Shown here: piece after piece, positions 28,460 through 40,814 of the stretch
Layout of the letters: each line of letters starts with the position of its first letter
How positions within the stretch are numbered: the first letter of the stretch is position 1
Assembly (NCBI GenBank): GCA_965285935.1
Contig: OZ260665.1
Coordinates: 59,520,001-59,584,000 of the forward strand
DNA length: 64,000 nucleotides
DNA from: Ophelia neglecta
Lineage: Eukaryota
Direction: 5' to 3'
The notes under the pieces: model-generated
What the model saw: only the letters and a program-made list of their open reading frames with translations
What the model was told of the DNA's origin: nothing
Databases searched by the model: none
Program-made: the position numbers and the translations under genes

Positions 28460-28684
28460 GTACGTATACAAATTTACCAGAACCGTGCCAGTCCTCAAGA
28501 AATTTCGGACACGAAATCATTCGCTTGCGTTCTGCTCAGGCCAATATTGATAATATATATGTTTTCTTAACGTGATGAAAGATTATGTCTACAATTTGAA
28601 TCTAATCGAGTTGAGAATCATAACACTGGAATGAAAATATTTTAATTCCAACAAATTAAAAACTACTTTGTAATTACTGCTCAG

Positions 28685-28819
28685 GAGCTATTCGAAAGTC
28701 TTCACCAGTGTTAGTGGCCAGTTTGTTTTTTCAAATCACGGCCCTTGCTTTAAGTACTGTTGGAAACACCAAGAAGAATGCCAAAACTCTCGTAGGGGCA
28801 GTGTGTTTCATATCTTCAG
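28685..28819 (+). CDS. CACNG5/7-like: Gene A coding exon 3 (135 nt, phase 1-1): TM2 and start of TM3
   Basis: Acceptor tactgctcag|, donor |gtatgt; encodes AIRKSSPVLVASLFFQITALALSTVGNTKKNAKTLVGAVCFISS. Absent from the ORF track; read by hand. Confidence 0.88.
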
Positions 28820-29028
28820 GTATGTCCAAATTATTATTTTTAGTCTTGCCTAATAATATGTCAAGCTAGTTACCAAAGTTTGGGAACTTCCATTTAACTT
28901 CCGGTATGATTTGTATATAATTCTCTTTAAATATGGCCACCAATACAATCACTCAAAGGATGCGTCCATTTATAGTTGTTTATACAATTTAAAATAAAAA
29001 CCCAGTGATTTTCGAACTTAATTTTCAG

Positions 29029-29381
29029 CCCTGATCCTAGCGATAGGCGTTATCTTTTACATATCGGGCGTGAACGACGAGGTGTCACATCGAAAGGAGC
29101 CGAAGGATCCGCAAAATGACAAAGGCAAAACTTTTACATACGAATACGGATGGGCGTTTTTCTTTGCCGGGTCCTCTTTCATGCTGTCGATGATGGCGGC
29201 GGTTTCTAATATATCTCTGTATTTGCGGCGTTATCCCAATCTGGAAGATATGGTTCAAATCATCCCCGGCCTGGACAAACGGGGAGGCTTTGTGAACGTT
29301 TCCGGAACCAGCCGAGCAGTGGAGGAAGAAATGGAGTACAACACGCCGTATGGAGCTCAAAATCCGACCATAATCCTTTGA
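29029..29381 (+). CDS. CACNG5/7-like: Gene A terminal coding exon: TM3 end, loop 2, TM4 and short C-tail
   Basis: Acceptor cttaattttcag|; extends ORF 29070-29381 upstream (LILAIGVIFYISGVNDEV); YISxxNDEVxxR...FxYxYGWxFxFA...L..RY resembles gamma-5/7; TGA at 29379-29381. Confidence 0.92.
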
Positions 29382-30714
29382 AATTAAAATGTGATATTTC
29401 TAACTTGCTCTTACCGGAAGTAGCGACGAGCTACTTCCTTTGAGCCAACTTTGCAGAAATATTCACGTGTTGAGTAGAAATTTACTACTCATTCACCATT
29501 CGTTGCCTGCTGAAAGTACTACTCGGTTACTTCATTCGTCGATTGTAGGAGAAACATACCTTCTGGGAAGAGAATTTATATGATACTACTGGTTTGGGAA
29601 ATATTAAACATAATCTCCTACGAGTGGTATTGAAGTATTTCGCCACACAATGTCCTTACCTCCTTTAGCTTTAAAGAGATCTGTTGAAAATCGACGAAAA
29701 ATGTGTAAACGCTGGTCATAAGAATTTCGTGGATTGCTTATCGTCTGGTATTAGTATTGGAGCAGTTTAGGCAGTTCTTTTTACGAACGGAAGTCTAGTG
29801 TCCTCCTTTACTGTTTAGTCTTCCACTCAGTTTGATCTTCGGTACGCAGTTCGATTGTGTTGAGTGCCCTGACTATCCTCTATAATGTCCATTATTTTTA
29901 AGGTATCAGATTAACTCAGAAAGATAATGAAACTTGTACGGTAGACATATAGTGCATGCGTTTGCTAGCCACAATAAAACATGATGGGCACATAGATAAG
30001 GTTTTTTTAAACCCACTCTTTTAGTAAACTCTATGCATGTTGTATATATTTATCTGAAATATACTCATACTTATATTGTCGACAAATCAACGAATGTACA
30101 GACAATATGACAACTTGCCCTCCAAAGTGTATACATACATAGTCCTGTTTATGTCGGCGTGTTAGCTATATTGGTTTTAGAGAATGTCCTACCATGATTT
30201 TTTCGGGGCATGTTTGATTTGTTTCACTGAGTGCGCATGCGCATGCATATACTTCCTACAATGATGGCATAAGTAATAACCTAAACAGAATTGTATCATA
30301 AAGCTTACAGCGTATATTCAAGACACCTGGGCCCAGGTGTAATGCCTTTCTAATTTAAGGTTAATTTTAATGTTTGAGGAAATTACTGAGATGGACAAGG
30401 TAAAATATACGTTTGACTTAAATTAAATAGCCACTGAAGTGCTTGTCCGGACTGGCATGAAAAATGGGTAACCTCAGTCAAGGCAATTGATCCTCATTTA
30501 GCCTATATATGATTCATCCATATTTATTTTTTATGACAAACTGCTCTTAAGTATTTTTTTAAAATGTTTCAAAAATGTCGGTTTGTTTGTCCCCGTCGTA
30601 AAGTAGTATGTGTCCAAACATAGCGACTAGTCTGTATTGAGAAACCTTGATGCCTTTACATTTTGCCTTTTACATCCACTTGTTGACATTCTGATGTATA
30701 AACCACCTTTCGTA

Positions 30715-30720
30715 AATAAA
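30715..30720 (+). terminator. Candidate polyadenylation signal of gene A (alternative AATAAA at 29973-29978)
   Basis: AATAAA with upstream TGTA and downstream T/GT-rich tract (ttttcatccgggtttttttgc), 1.3 kb after the gene A stop. Confidence 0.4.
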
Positions 30721-30913
30721 CTGATTAAAGTACTTTTCATCCGGGTTTTTTGCTGACAGCTGAATATCAGGGTTGCTTATGTCAATAAGATATGAAATTT
30801 CATGTATGATAATTGTGATAAGCATACTATTTAAGCGTTAGGTATAATATGACGTCGGAGCTTGGAAATCTCTACACAATACTCTTCGTGGGTTAGAAGA
30901 TTGGAACAATGAT

Positions 30914-30919
30914 TTTATT
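30914..30919 (-). terminator. Candidate polyadenylation signal of gene B
   Basis: Minus strand reads ttttgtatAATAAAatc (TGTA just upstream); the first canonical minus-strand AATAAA I found after the gene B stop. A variant TATAAA near 31980 is an alternative. Confidence 0.3.
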
Positions 30920-33705
30920 ATACAAAAGTCCATTACAGGGATATGGTTTGTAATGCTCAATTCATTTCCATAATTCGTCAGTAGCGTTTGCTCACCAAAC
31001 TGCCGTAAAGGTCAGACAATGCATGTCTGGCAGCTTTGGACTGCTACGTCGATATCAACCAACTGCTCTGGAGCAACGCTCGTCATTCGACACTGCTTAT
31101 GTCCCCTCTTCACTTCACTTCACTGTCATGTCCTTGCCCAGTTAGACTTGTCTCCACCAGAGAGCGCTGCTCCTAGACGATGTCTGAAATCTTCATAAAT
31201 GAGCATGAATTATGCGGCCCGGCATCTTTTATGCCGGGAAGGGGGCTTGTAGTGGCAGATTGTGTTGCACACGAGATATGCTAACGTTACATACTGCAAT
31301 TCTCGCCACTCTTCGGGTGGAGATAAATGAATACCGGCCGACTGGCTCATATCAGTGAAAGGTAAAGAATAGGAGCTACTGGGAAAGGTGACAAGGATAG
31401 GTGACAATTGGCAAGTCCGGCTCGGTGATAGATTAGGGAGAAATTGAGCGCTGCCACACAAAAGTCAGCTTCAGTGTTGACCATGAGATCTTTAAGCTTG
31501 ATTTGCCCCTGGTCTACTTTACTGCACAAATAACAGACATCTGCCTTATCGATTTTGTCCATGGATCGACCGAAATAGAACAAATTTGTCGCGTTTGTCC
31601 TTGTAATTCTCACACCAACGACATTCTGTTATAAAAGCTCACAATGGAAAGGCGGGTGCCATTAAACTCCCTTATATTTTGTTCACTCGTTTCCAATACA
31701 GAATAATAATAATCTAACCTATTATGAATATATACTTTATATTTATCTGTGTTTTAGTAAATTTAAAATTATTGTGGCCTCTACCTTATCTCATTTCAAT
31801 TAATGCTGACATTGTTCTTATATGCTCTTTGTTGTGCAAGTTTTTTTTATGAACCAGACAATTGTTTATATTGATATATTCCCCTATAAAAATGGTCTGA
31901 GATGAAATATATCAAGATGTAGAAATCGCTCGGAAAAAGTAATAACGAATGTACTAGTTTAACCAAATCTCATATATTTTATAGAAAATATACATACATG
32001 TACAAGCAAAGTCCATAACCAAAATTAATCTGCATTATTAACCATAAACACATTCTTGCTAGATAATTTACATGTACGGTGGAGTAGGCGTGCGTTTCAC
32101 GCGCTTTATACACATTGCGATTACTCTTACAAGCCGATCGATCAATAACAACACCGAAATTGTAATTTCTGGAACATAAAGAGTTAATAAAACTTTGTTG
32201 GATCAATTGAGAGACTGGAGATACACATGATATGTATGAAATAGAGTCATCAGCAACCGACGAAGTCCGACAAACAACCACTATTGCCTTCCGAACAGTA
32301 GCGTTGTATAACATGGTGGATAAATGTACAGGAAATGATGACGTCACCCCGCTAAAAACAAACCCTGGGTCCCCACGAGGGGTCGGGGCGAGAAAAGGGC
32401 GAAATGTGGATGAGAGCTTATGAAAATGTACAGTGTATAGTGAGAGAGTGATGCCCCCTGGCGAGGGAAGCGGAAGAAGTGAACGTCCCTTTACAGGGTT
32501 AAATAAGAGTAGCGACATCTGTCGAATAAAGAGATGTTTATATAATGTGCAATGTTTTTTCGAGACGCCTCGACAAGCAGTAACGCCCCCTATCACAAAA
32601 ATCATTAATGGAAACTAGTTGATAACAGAGAGAATGAGAGGCAAGGCGGCTCTATCTACATCACGTCAGTCGGAAACAGAGTCGAGGGTGGAAGTAAATA
32701 ACAAATGCATTTAACTGAGACCAGAAACAGTCTTCTAATGATGTGCAATGTACATGTGTACCATATTAGTCAGACTAGACCTCAGCAGGCGAGCAGGCAC
32801 CACGCAAAATCGGCAAGACTTATGTCATAATTAAACAGTTACTAAGACATTAACTTCAGGATACGGGTAACCATCATTGATAAAAAATGCCTGCGAGTAA
32901 ACCTTGAACTTGATCTGGCAAACAGGACTAACACGATGTCTGCACTCAAGGGTTAAACATGGTGTCAGACGAAAATGGATCAAACCTCATCCCTGTTCGG
33001 TAAAGCAATACAATTTGATTCTTATTAATTGATTGATTCGTTGGCTGATTGGTTGAATTGATTGATAGATCTAAGTGATATGCCTTCACATATTAGTGAA
33101 TCACTCAAGGTGGAAGACCACAAAAATGATCCATAGAGCAGGGGCTTGATAACATTAAACCCAGCGCCTCCCCTGCCCTATCAAGTATTGAACGCTCCCT
33201 AAACTTAGCGTGTGGTGCCGCCGTGCGGTGAACGCAGTAACTAGTTAATATCCGTCTGAGAGAACAGACCAATTAAGGCTAACCATTACCTAAAACAAAA
33301 TTCTCTTTTTTCCTAAAAGTAAATGGCAGCTGATCCCAGAGTGACGAACGTCTGCAGTCGCCCGATCGTACCCTATTAGCCACTACAAAGTCACGTGACC
33401 CGAGGATCCTCCAGGCCAAGGCGCAAGTCACGTGAGCGACCAGGGCGTATGGGGTTATCACTGAACATTGCCTTGTGATCAAAAACCACTTGTCGTCTGC
33501 CTATCGTTTCTATTTCGACAGCTAAGATATACTGGTTAGATGATTGCTTAAGCTATCCACGATGGGAATTCCAAATGTGTCACGAATGACGTCATGTCAC
33601 ACAGGATGCACCCTAGACACCGACTCCGGTGTTACTTTACCTCTCAAATTGCAGAGAACTCCCTGTACGACAAATGAGTATTATCCTATGAGTGTTTGGG
33701 GTACT

Positions 33706-34388
33706 CTATACCGGGGTGGTGCGGCGCGCGTACGTGTCCAACGTGTCGGCCGAGCCCCTGTGGTCGTGCATCCCGCGATGATCAGCCATGCTCCGATGGT
33801 CTACCAGGGCCCGAGGGTCTACTCCACGATGGTCGACGACCATGGCCCGAGGATCACCCCCGATACGGTGGTCGGCCATGACACGTGGCTCGGACCGGTG
33901 GTGGTGTCCGGGTCCGCCGCCAGGGTGGTCCTTACACGGGTGGGTGTCGGCCGCCGTGCTAATGGTGTGTCGTGAGGGGTCGCGCGTCAGCGTGTAGTTG
34001 GACATCTCCTTCGAGGTGTCCGACACCGGCGTGTAGGTGTAGTACGTGTCTGAGTGTGAGGGCGAATTGTCGCGAGAGTGCTCTCGGGAACGATCGTGCG
34101 AATGAGACCTGGAACGCCGGTATCGTGCTTGAGGCTGGCGCTCGTTAGCGTCCAACATAGTCAGGCGTTCCTGCTTCTTCCGGTAGGCGTGTTTATGTCG
34201 GCTGATGTATAGGTAGACGGAGAGGACCCCCGTCAGCTCCGACACAATGAAAGAGCTTATAGTCATTATGAAAGAGGTGCCGTACGAATACTGGAATTTA
34301 GGCTTGTCCAACGTTGATTTAGGTTTATTTCCCACCTCCTCAGTTATAGCCCCTATGTATAATATAATCCCCACAAGTGTACACAGCC
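33706..34388 (-). CDS. CACNG2-like: Gene B terminal coding exon: TM3 end, loop 2, TM4, RS-rich tail and PDZ-binding motif RRTTPV
   Basis: Acceptor ttttctcgtttcag| (exon starts at 34388); extends ORF 33706-34374; GC-rich; ends RRTTPV-TAG, as in vertebrate type I TARPs. Confidence 0.95.
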
Positions 34389-37300
34389 CTGAAACGAGAA
34401 AACGACGTCATTATTAACAAAATTCCATTGCAAAACTTTCAACAAAGCATGAGTTTGTTTTTGATACATGTTTAATTAAATCCCATCCGCTCATGTCCCC
34501 ACCCTTCTATACCAGCGCAGCCTGAACAACCGCTGTCACAAGCTATGTTTTCTCAATCCGAGCCAGATCGGCCGACGTCTGAATCTAGAATCAAACACAT
34601 CCTATTTGAAAATAACCCCACTGTTTTTCCCTAAAGCATTAGGCTTCTACGAATCATACGCGTCCATTTATTCTTTTGCTGGAGAGGAGATTATATTAAA
34701 CATTGACGCCTCATTCCGACTCCACAGAGGGGACCTTCATGGAATTACTTTGTTTAACGTAACGACCAAAGTATAACTGTTTATAACGTAACAATAAATA
34801 AAGTCCTTGCACAATTATGTCAGGTCTTACAAATCATTACTGAAGCAAATAAATTTAATTATGGCTGATTTTCCATGTTAGACAACATTATACAATATGT
34901 AACTTCCCCCCCCCCCCCCCACTCCGTGACTCAATACAATTCGATGCTTACAAGGGCTGGCGATTGATGTACTGATGTGTGTGCCCGTGGTTTCTGATAA
35001 CTTGGGATCGATTAATGGACTATTCTACATTACTGACTTGGCTTTGTTTGCTAGGTATCCACACCCGTTTTTTCTCCAAAATTGGGCGTTGAGACTGAAC
35101 TGATCCTACTCAGTGTAGGGGAGGGGGCACTTAATATGCTGACTGCCCTGGTACGTTTTTTTTCTGTGATATGAGTACTAGTTTATGATCAAAGCAAATG
35201 TGACCAACAAAAATAAGTGGCTTTTTACTTTTCCTTAAACATCTATGCATAGGCCAAAAATATGTAGTTTAATTAATTGTCCTTGAAAAAGTAAGCCAAT
35301 GTCACATTCGGGGTCATTGGGTTTTCTAAGTTTCTCTCAATGCAATCATGAAATATCTACTAAAATAAAAAATTGGACTTCATTTCTAAGATACCCAAAG
35401 TTAGTTTTGATGTTACAATAGCACACTACTCGTGCCAGAAAAATAGCAATTTCACGCATTCTAAGTCTATGGAGTCACTTTCCCGTTTTTCTCTTCATTT
35501 CTTTAGTCTCATATAGCCAGCAGTACAGCAACCGTGAGCTGAATGTTGCTTATTTCTTTCATGTAATTATGTCACATCGAAAGCATTGGAACTATTCTTT
35601 TCAAACTTTCCAGCCATCAATACCTAACATTAACGAAATAGTTGAGATTTAGCTTACTGGCAAGACTATGCAGATTAATTGATATTTCGTATTGCAGCGG
35701 CGATGGGGTGGCGATAGAGCTTATTAGTTTAAAACTGAAGTGGTTTAACTAACAGCCACCTAACTAGTAAGCATAAATACGATATATAATTATTAGAACA
35801 CCCAATGAAGGGGAATTAGTTTAGGGGCACAGTCAATTGCTGGGATACTGCTGTCTTTGTAAAATAGGGTTTATGGGCAAAATATTGGCTGTGCACTAAG
35901 GTCTACGTTAAACATGTCCGACCAATGTCCCGTCCTCGAAACGCTTGCCGATCCAATTTGCATTACATCAGTTGCCAAGGAAAAATCACACAAGGGACAA
36001 CAAAGCAGTGTGTTCTAACCCTGGATACATCACTACTTAGCTTGACCATTTTGCATGTCACTTGTGGTCACAGGAGTAAATTATTCAAGAAGTTCTCGTC
36101 GTATATACTTCCCTTAAGGTCTTGAACCCTACGAAGACAGGGAGCTAGTAGTAAGACCTAGTTCCCAGCGATCCAATGGGGTTGGAATAAAGGAGCTAGT
36201 AGTATTTCCAACATGTGTTGTTTCCATATGCCGCCTGTTGTTTTCATGATTTGGGCGCTGTATGCGCAGACTATATAGAACCGAATTTCGGATTTGTTTA
36301 AGGCAAGTACTAATTACCTTACTTCATATTATTATCAATGAGAAGTGTTTTATTAATTCGGGGCTGAATAGTCTGTTACTCATAGATTATATTATAATTG
36401 ATTTTCTCGTTGTTTTTCAAATTGATTATACGCAGGTTTGATTATATCATTTCCTTTAGTTTAAACAACATAAATATATAACTTCTTTTTTTCATAGTCG
36501 TGGGTAAAGTTGTATTGCGCAGCCGAACATTCTTATGCAAAATATTAATGTCTACATTAATAGTAGACCTTATAACAAAAAAAATAATAATAATATAATT
36601 GTTCTTAGTAATAATCATAGAATTGCCATTGTTTGGCCAAGTCGAGGTTGTCGACTTCCGTTAGTCTATAAACATTTTTTACTAAGGAGGGGTGAAGTAC
36701 GGCAGGGATATCTATACCCAACGGAGTGGGGATCGGGAGGCAGCCAATCCAAATAGAGACCGAGGGGTCGATTATACCCATGTTGGACAAAGAGGAGCTT
36801 GCCATACATACTCTACCATTCGAAAAACGTGGAGGACAAAACCAACCACAAATACAAAAAAGGATTTTGCAGTTCTTAGAAACTTTCTCTGTTGAAACCA
36901 AACGACAGATATGCCTACTCTTATTCATGAATATATTCTATGCAGGCTAGAAAGGGCGTCTCGTCCGGCTGTAGATCATATTAGCCCTCCCTCAACAACC
37001 ACTTAACATCCCTCCCGAGACCTACAAACACTGGTTGCTTGGACCCCCTTATCGACTGTAAAATGGTTAAAGAACACAAGTATCGGTCCGAAGAGATGCT
37101 TATACGTTTTTATGTCATTTGCAAAAGTTGCCTTACGGCATTGGTATCAACAAACAAGAAAAAAATGTAAAAGGCGTCCGCCGTTATAACGTCTGACGCG
37201 TTGCGTTAATATCAATACCATTTCCAAAGATTGCACTTTGAGATTAATAGTGCAAGTCTCGTCTGCAAACCCTGGCTCCATGTGTGATAAAGAAGAAGCA

Positions 37301-40300
37301 GGTCCCATCTTGCAACAAAACAGCCTTTTTTGCCTTAGGGTCATTTAGTTTGCACAAAACGGATATTAGTTTCCATTTGTACTGCCAGAACACTTTGAAG
37401 ACACTCGGCGGGGGCGGGGGTAGGATAATATTGTTGTTATCACAATCTAGCGAGTCCAGCGTTAATTGATTGACAGGAGAGAGAAGCGTGCACTTTCAAA
37501 CAATTAGTTTTGAAGGGCTCGGTGTCGTTTTTAGACTAGGATTTCGTGCTGCTCTTGTTGGAGGCAAAGTAAAACTGGTAAACGAATTCCTGATGGTAAC
37601 ATGTCATTAGCACGGGGAGAGATTGTTACTAAGAGTGAGGGGAAGCTAATGTGAAGTGGCACATTATTGGAAGCGAATCTTTTACCGTTGATGCAACTTA
37701 ACGATAGCATTAAGAGGATTTTCTTTCCAATTCGGGAGGTTACGCTTTAGGATGATAGTTTCTGGAAAATATGATGTTTATTAATTGCGGGGCAATGCCA
37801 CGTGAAGCTCGTATTCTGATGGCTAAAAATAGGGATGGACTTTACCATGTATAGTTTGTTTAGATATTGTTCTAATCACAAGTGTTCCCCTTTTCTTTTT
37901 GCCTTGCACTGTCCTTCAAGTAGCAGGTATTTTATTCAAATCCTATAAGACCCTTCATTCACCTCATAAAAAGTTTGCAAATATTGTGTAATGTATAATT
38001 GTTAACATTGGAATATAAGCTGCGGTTTCTCTGCCAACCACTTTAATTTCTACTAATCAAACATATCTTATATTATTTCCAAATGTTTACTGTTAACCAA
38101 TTAGCACGAGGCAAAAAAATATATCCACCCATTAAATATTTCTCCAATATATGTAGTAGCATCTATGCTTTAAGTTTAGCTGAGATTGTGCATTAAATAA
38201 GAACGAACCATATCGCATTTACAAGACGGATAAAACACCCACCCCTACAAACAGGCGGCTTTATTAAATTGTTTATGCTGAAGACGAAACAAGGTTAAAT
38301 GCGAGTACTCGATAACTTCATTTGAGTTTACAAGTAATAAATAATCTATGAACTCGACATAAAGCTGGTAAAAACGAATTCAGAATTAAACTGATATACA
38401 TGAAAGTATGCACGTAGGTCAAATGTGACAACACGATAAAATGCACAGGGTGCATTTTCCAATGGTTTCCCCTGCAGAAAAGGCTGAAATAAAGATGCTT
38501 TTGGCCTAACCCTGAGGGTGAATATTTAGGTCAAACTTGATGACAATATTGGAATCACATCATATATTCTCCTATATGCTCCTAATACTAATTTTAGCTC
38601 TTTCAATAACTGCCATCGTAAAAGAGATAAACTCTGTGTACATGATTCTCCTTTTGCTTTTGCTCTGGCAAGGACAAGCATTTCCTAAAATGTTAATCGA
38701 TTCTTGTTTACGTTCATTTCGGCCCTGCAGGCTGCAATACTACTCTTCGCGCGTTCACAAGGTTTTTATTTTTCTCAACTTAAATAGTTTATGCTACAGG
38801 GTCTTGATATTACAAATCATCGTTTAATTCCATATGGGCAAACTGGTATCTGGGAGTCAATGATCTGTCAAGTTACAGAGGTTGAAATTTCGGCTTTGCC
38901 AGCAGCGGAGGACAGAGCCTATTATATACCGCCTTTCCTTTATTTCACCGAAAAAAAAGGTAAGAAAAAGAACAGGAATATTTTATTAATTACTATCGCA
39001 TACATAATAAAACGTATGATATTTACACATACTCGTCCCACAAGGGTTCAGGAAACAATACATTAAACTAATGGAACTACATACCAATCAAAAATATGGT
39101 AGAATTAACATCGAAAATGGATGAGAACATCTAAAACTTGATTCGATAGCTATTAAACATAAAATGCTTCATTGCACTATGGAGCAAGACCGTGTTCTTC
39201 TTCTAAGACGAACACAATTTGCGACAAGGGACTTTGTGAGTGCATAGAAGTGATTCAAAAGTAGAGGACTCTTTTTGTCTACTGCAGCATCAATAAAACT
39301 GCGATAGTGTTTTTTGCGTAGTCCTGGAATCTTCAAGCCTCCAATGCCATTTGGCAGTGGGCGATTAAATATTTACCAAAGATTGGGCACCCACGTAATG
39401 GGTCAAGATGGAGGATTGTCACTGGCAATGGTAGATACCAGGCGGATGAAAAAACTGCGCCAGTATTCAACCCAAACTGGGAAAGGAAAGCGCTAGCCGT
39501 TATAGTTAATTTATTCGTTATTATTGCAATTAAACTTCAGGTCTGAGTGAAGAGAATATGCAAACATCAGGCGTAAAGTATTTAAATATTAATAGGCATA
39601 TAATATGCTAACACAAAACTAGTGGGTGAAGTTATTCATTTTCTGAATTATTTAATTAATTAATTATTTACTTCACATAATTATAATATATTAAACATGG
39701 AAACAATTTTTTTAACTGTTCAAAAGTTAATCATAGGGCCTACAATTGTTTGTATTTGGGCAATATCCATTTAACTGCATATAAATCAGAACTATCAAGC
39801 TTTGGTTGATCAATTGCAAAATGCTCAAGGGAGTTGTGTGCTATCCACTGAGTAAAGCCCGTTTGTTTATTCCAATTTCAGACTTGGTGGCAAATTATTC
39901 TTAAACAGTGTGTCCTTTCAGTGAAACAGTCGTCCTAAATAGCGATGCCTTCGTTGCAGCTGCTCATTTCAACAATGGATTGCTCCCGTCGCGCGAGCTG
40001 TTCATTTTGGTTCAGTTCCGTGACCTCTCCCAGTCGAAACAGGAAACGAAACAACACCATTTACGTATTCCTGCTCTGGCGTCTGCCGATGAATTCGTTG
40101 TTTAAAATTGACAGATCTCCATTAAGACACTGGCGGATGATAGCAGCGAGCCCTCGTGATTTATGCGAACATCTCTCCGGCACGTGACTAGACTTGGTGA
40201 GGCCGGAAAACAACAGCTCAACAAGAGCGGGATTTGCAGTCGTCTGGTTCGAACGTGAGGCGAGACGAGGTGCGCTCGGAGGATAGCGTGAGGCTATGGG

Positions 40301-40814
40301 TCACAATTTATTGTACAGACAGCCCAAATAGCGATAATGTCACAAACTTGCCATAATATGCGAATGGTGTTTTAGCGTTAAATCGGATCTTTTTAGCTTA
40401 CATAACTAGGGTAAATAGCCTACTTCCCATTTAGAACGAATGGTGAGAGTGACGCTTTAGGTAAATCGCCAGGTTCTGGCAACGGTCAAAACAAAAAAGG
40501 GTGTTATCAATGGATGAACAGTCACCAATGAATAACTAAGATATAAACCCAAGATGATACTATACTCTAATATAATGTCATAGCAATAAATGCTACCCGT
40601 ATAATTAAATTGCGTCACATTAATGGAATGGTTCTTTTCTTACTATCGTGTTTCTTTATAATTATAGCTCTATATAATCGGTCAAATTGTTGACCATGTA
40701 TGAACCAACATAAACAGACGGTTCACTATAAATTAATACAAATGTATTACTTACAGGCAGATCTATCATTATCCCCACGAAATGTTTAAATGAAAGGATG
40801 AAAAGCATACTCAC

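Larger units (their letters stand above)
28358..29381 (+). other. CACNG5/7-like: Gene A, visible part (exons 2-4) of a TARP/voltage-dependent calcium channel gamma subunit-like gene, type II (gamma-5/gamma-7)-like; 5' exon not found
   Basis: Three exons join in frame through GT-AG phase-1 introns (225 and 209 nt): xDPESERPPVCYNIAYQGQESGRQDGADTTNSIL-RAIRKSSPVLVASLFFQITALALSTVGNTKKNAKTLVGAVCFISS-ALILAIGVIFYISGVNDEVSHR...FTYEYGWAFFFAGSSFMLSMMAAVSNISLYLRRY...NPTIIL*. Three hydrophobic helices (TM2-4) and the YGW motif of the PMP22/claudin/CACNG fold. Confidence 0.9.

Noticed and set aside
29085-29360. 91-aa minus ORF
   Set aside because: Antisense shadow of the gene A last exon.
30950-30985. Hammerhead-like CTGACGA...GAAA core on the minus strand
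   Set aside because: No stem I pairing and no proper stem II.
31979-32605. 208-aa minus ORF
   Set aside because: Lies in the probable T-rich 3' UTR of gene B; no domain similarity or splice support.
33215-33245. Short GC hairpin followed by CTAGT, as a Helitron 3' end
   Set aside because: Stem is only 4-5 bp, and no 5' end or second copy was identified.
33544-33997. Plus-strand ORFs of 143, 61 and 69 aa overlapping the gene B last exon
   Set aside because: Antisense shadows of a GC-rich repetitive coding exon; no recognisable protein.
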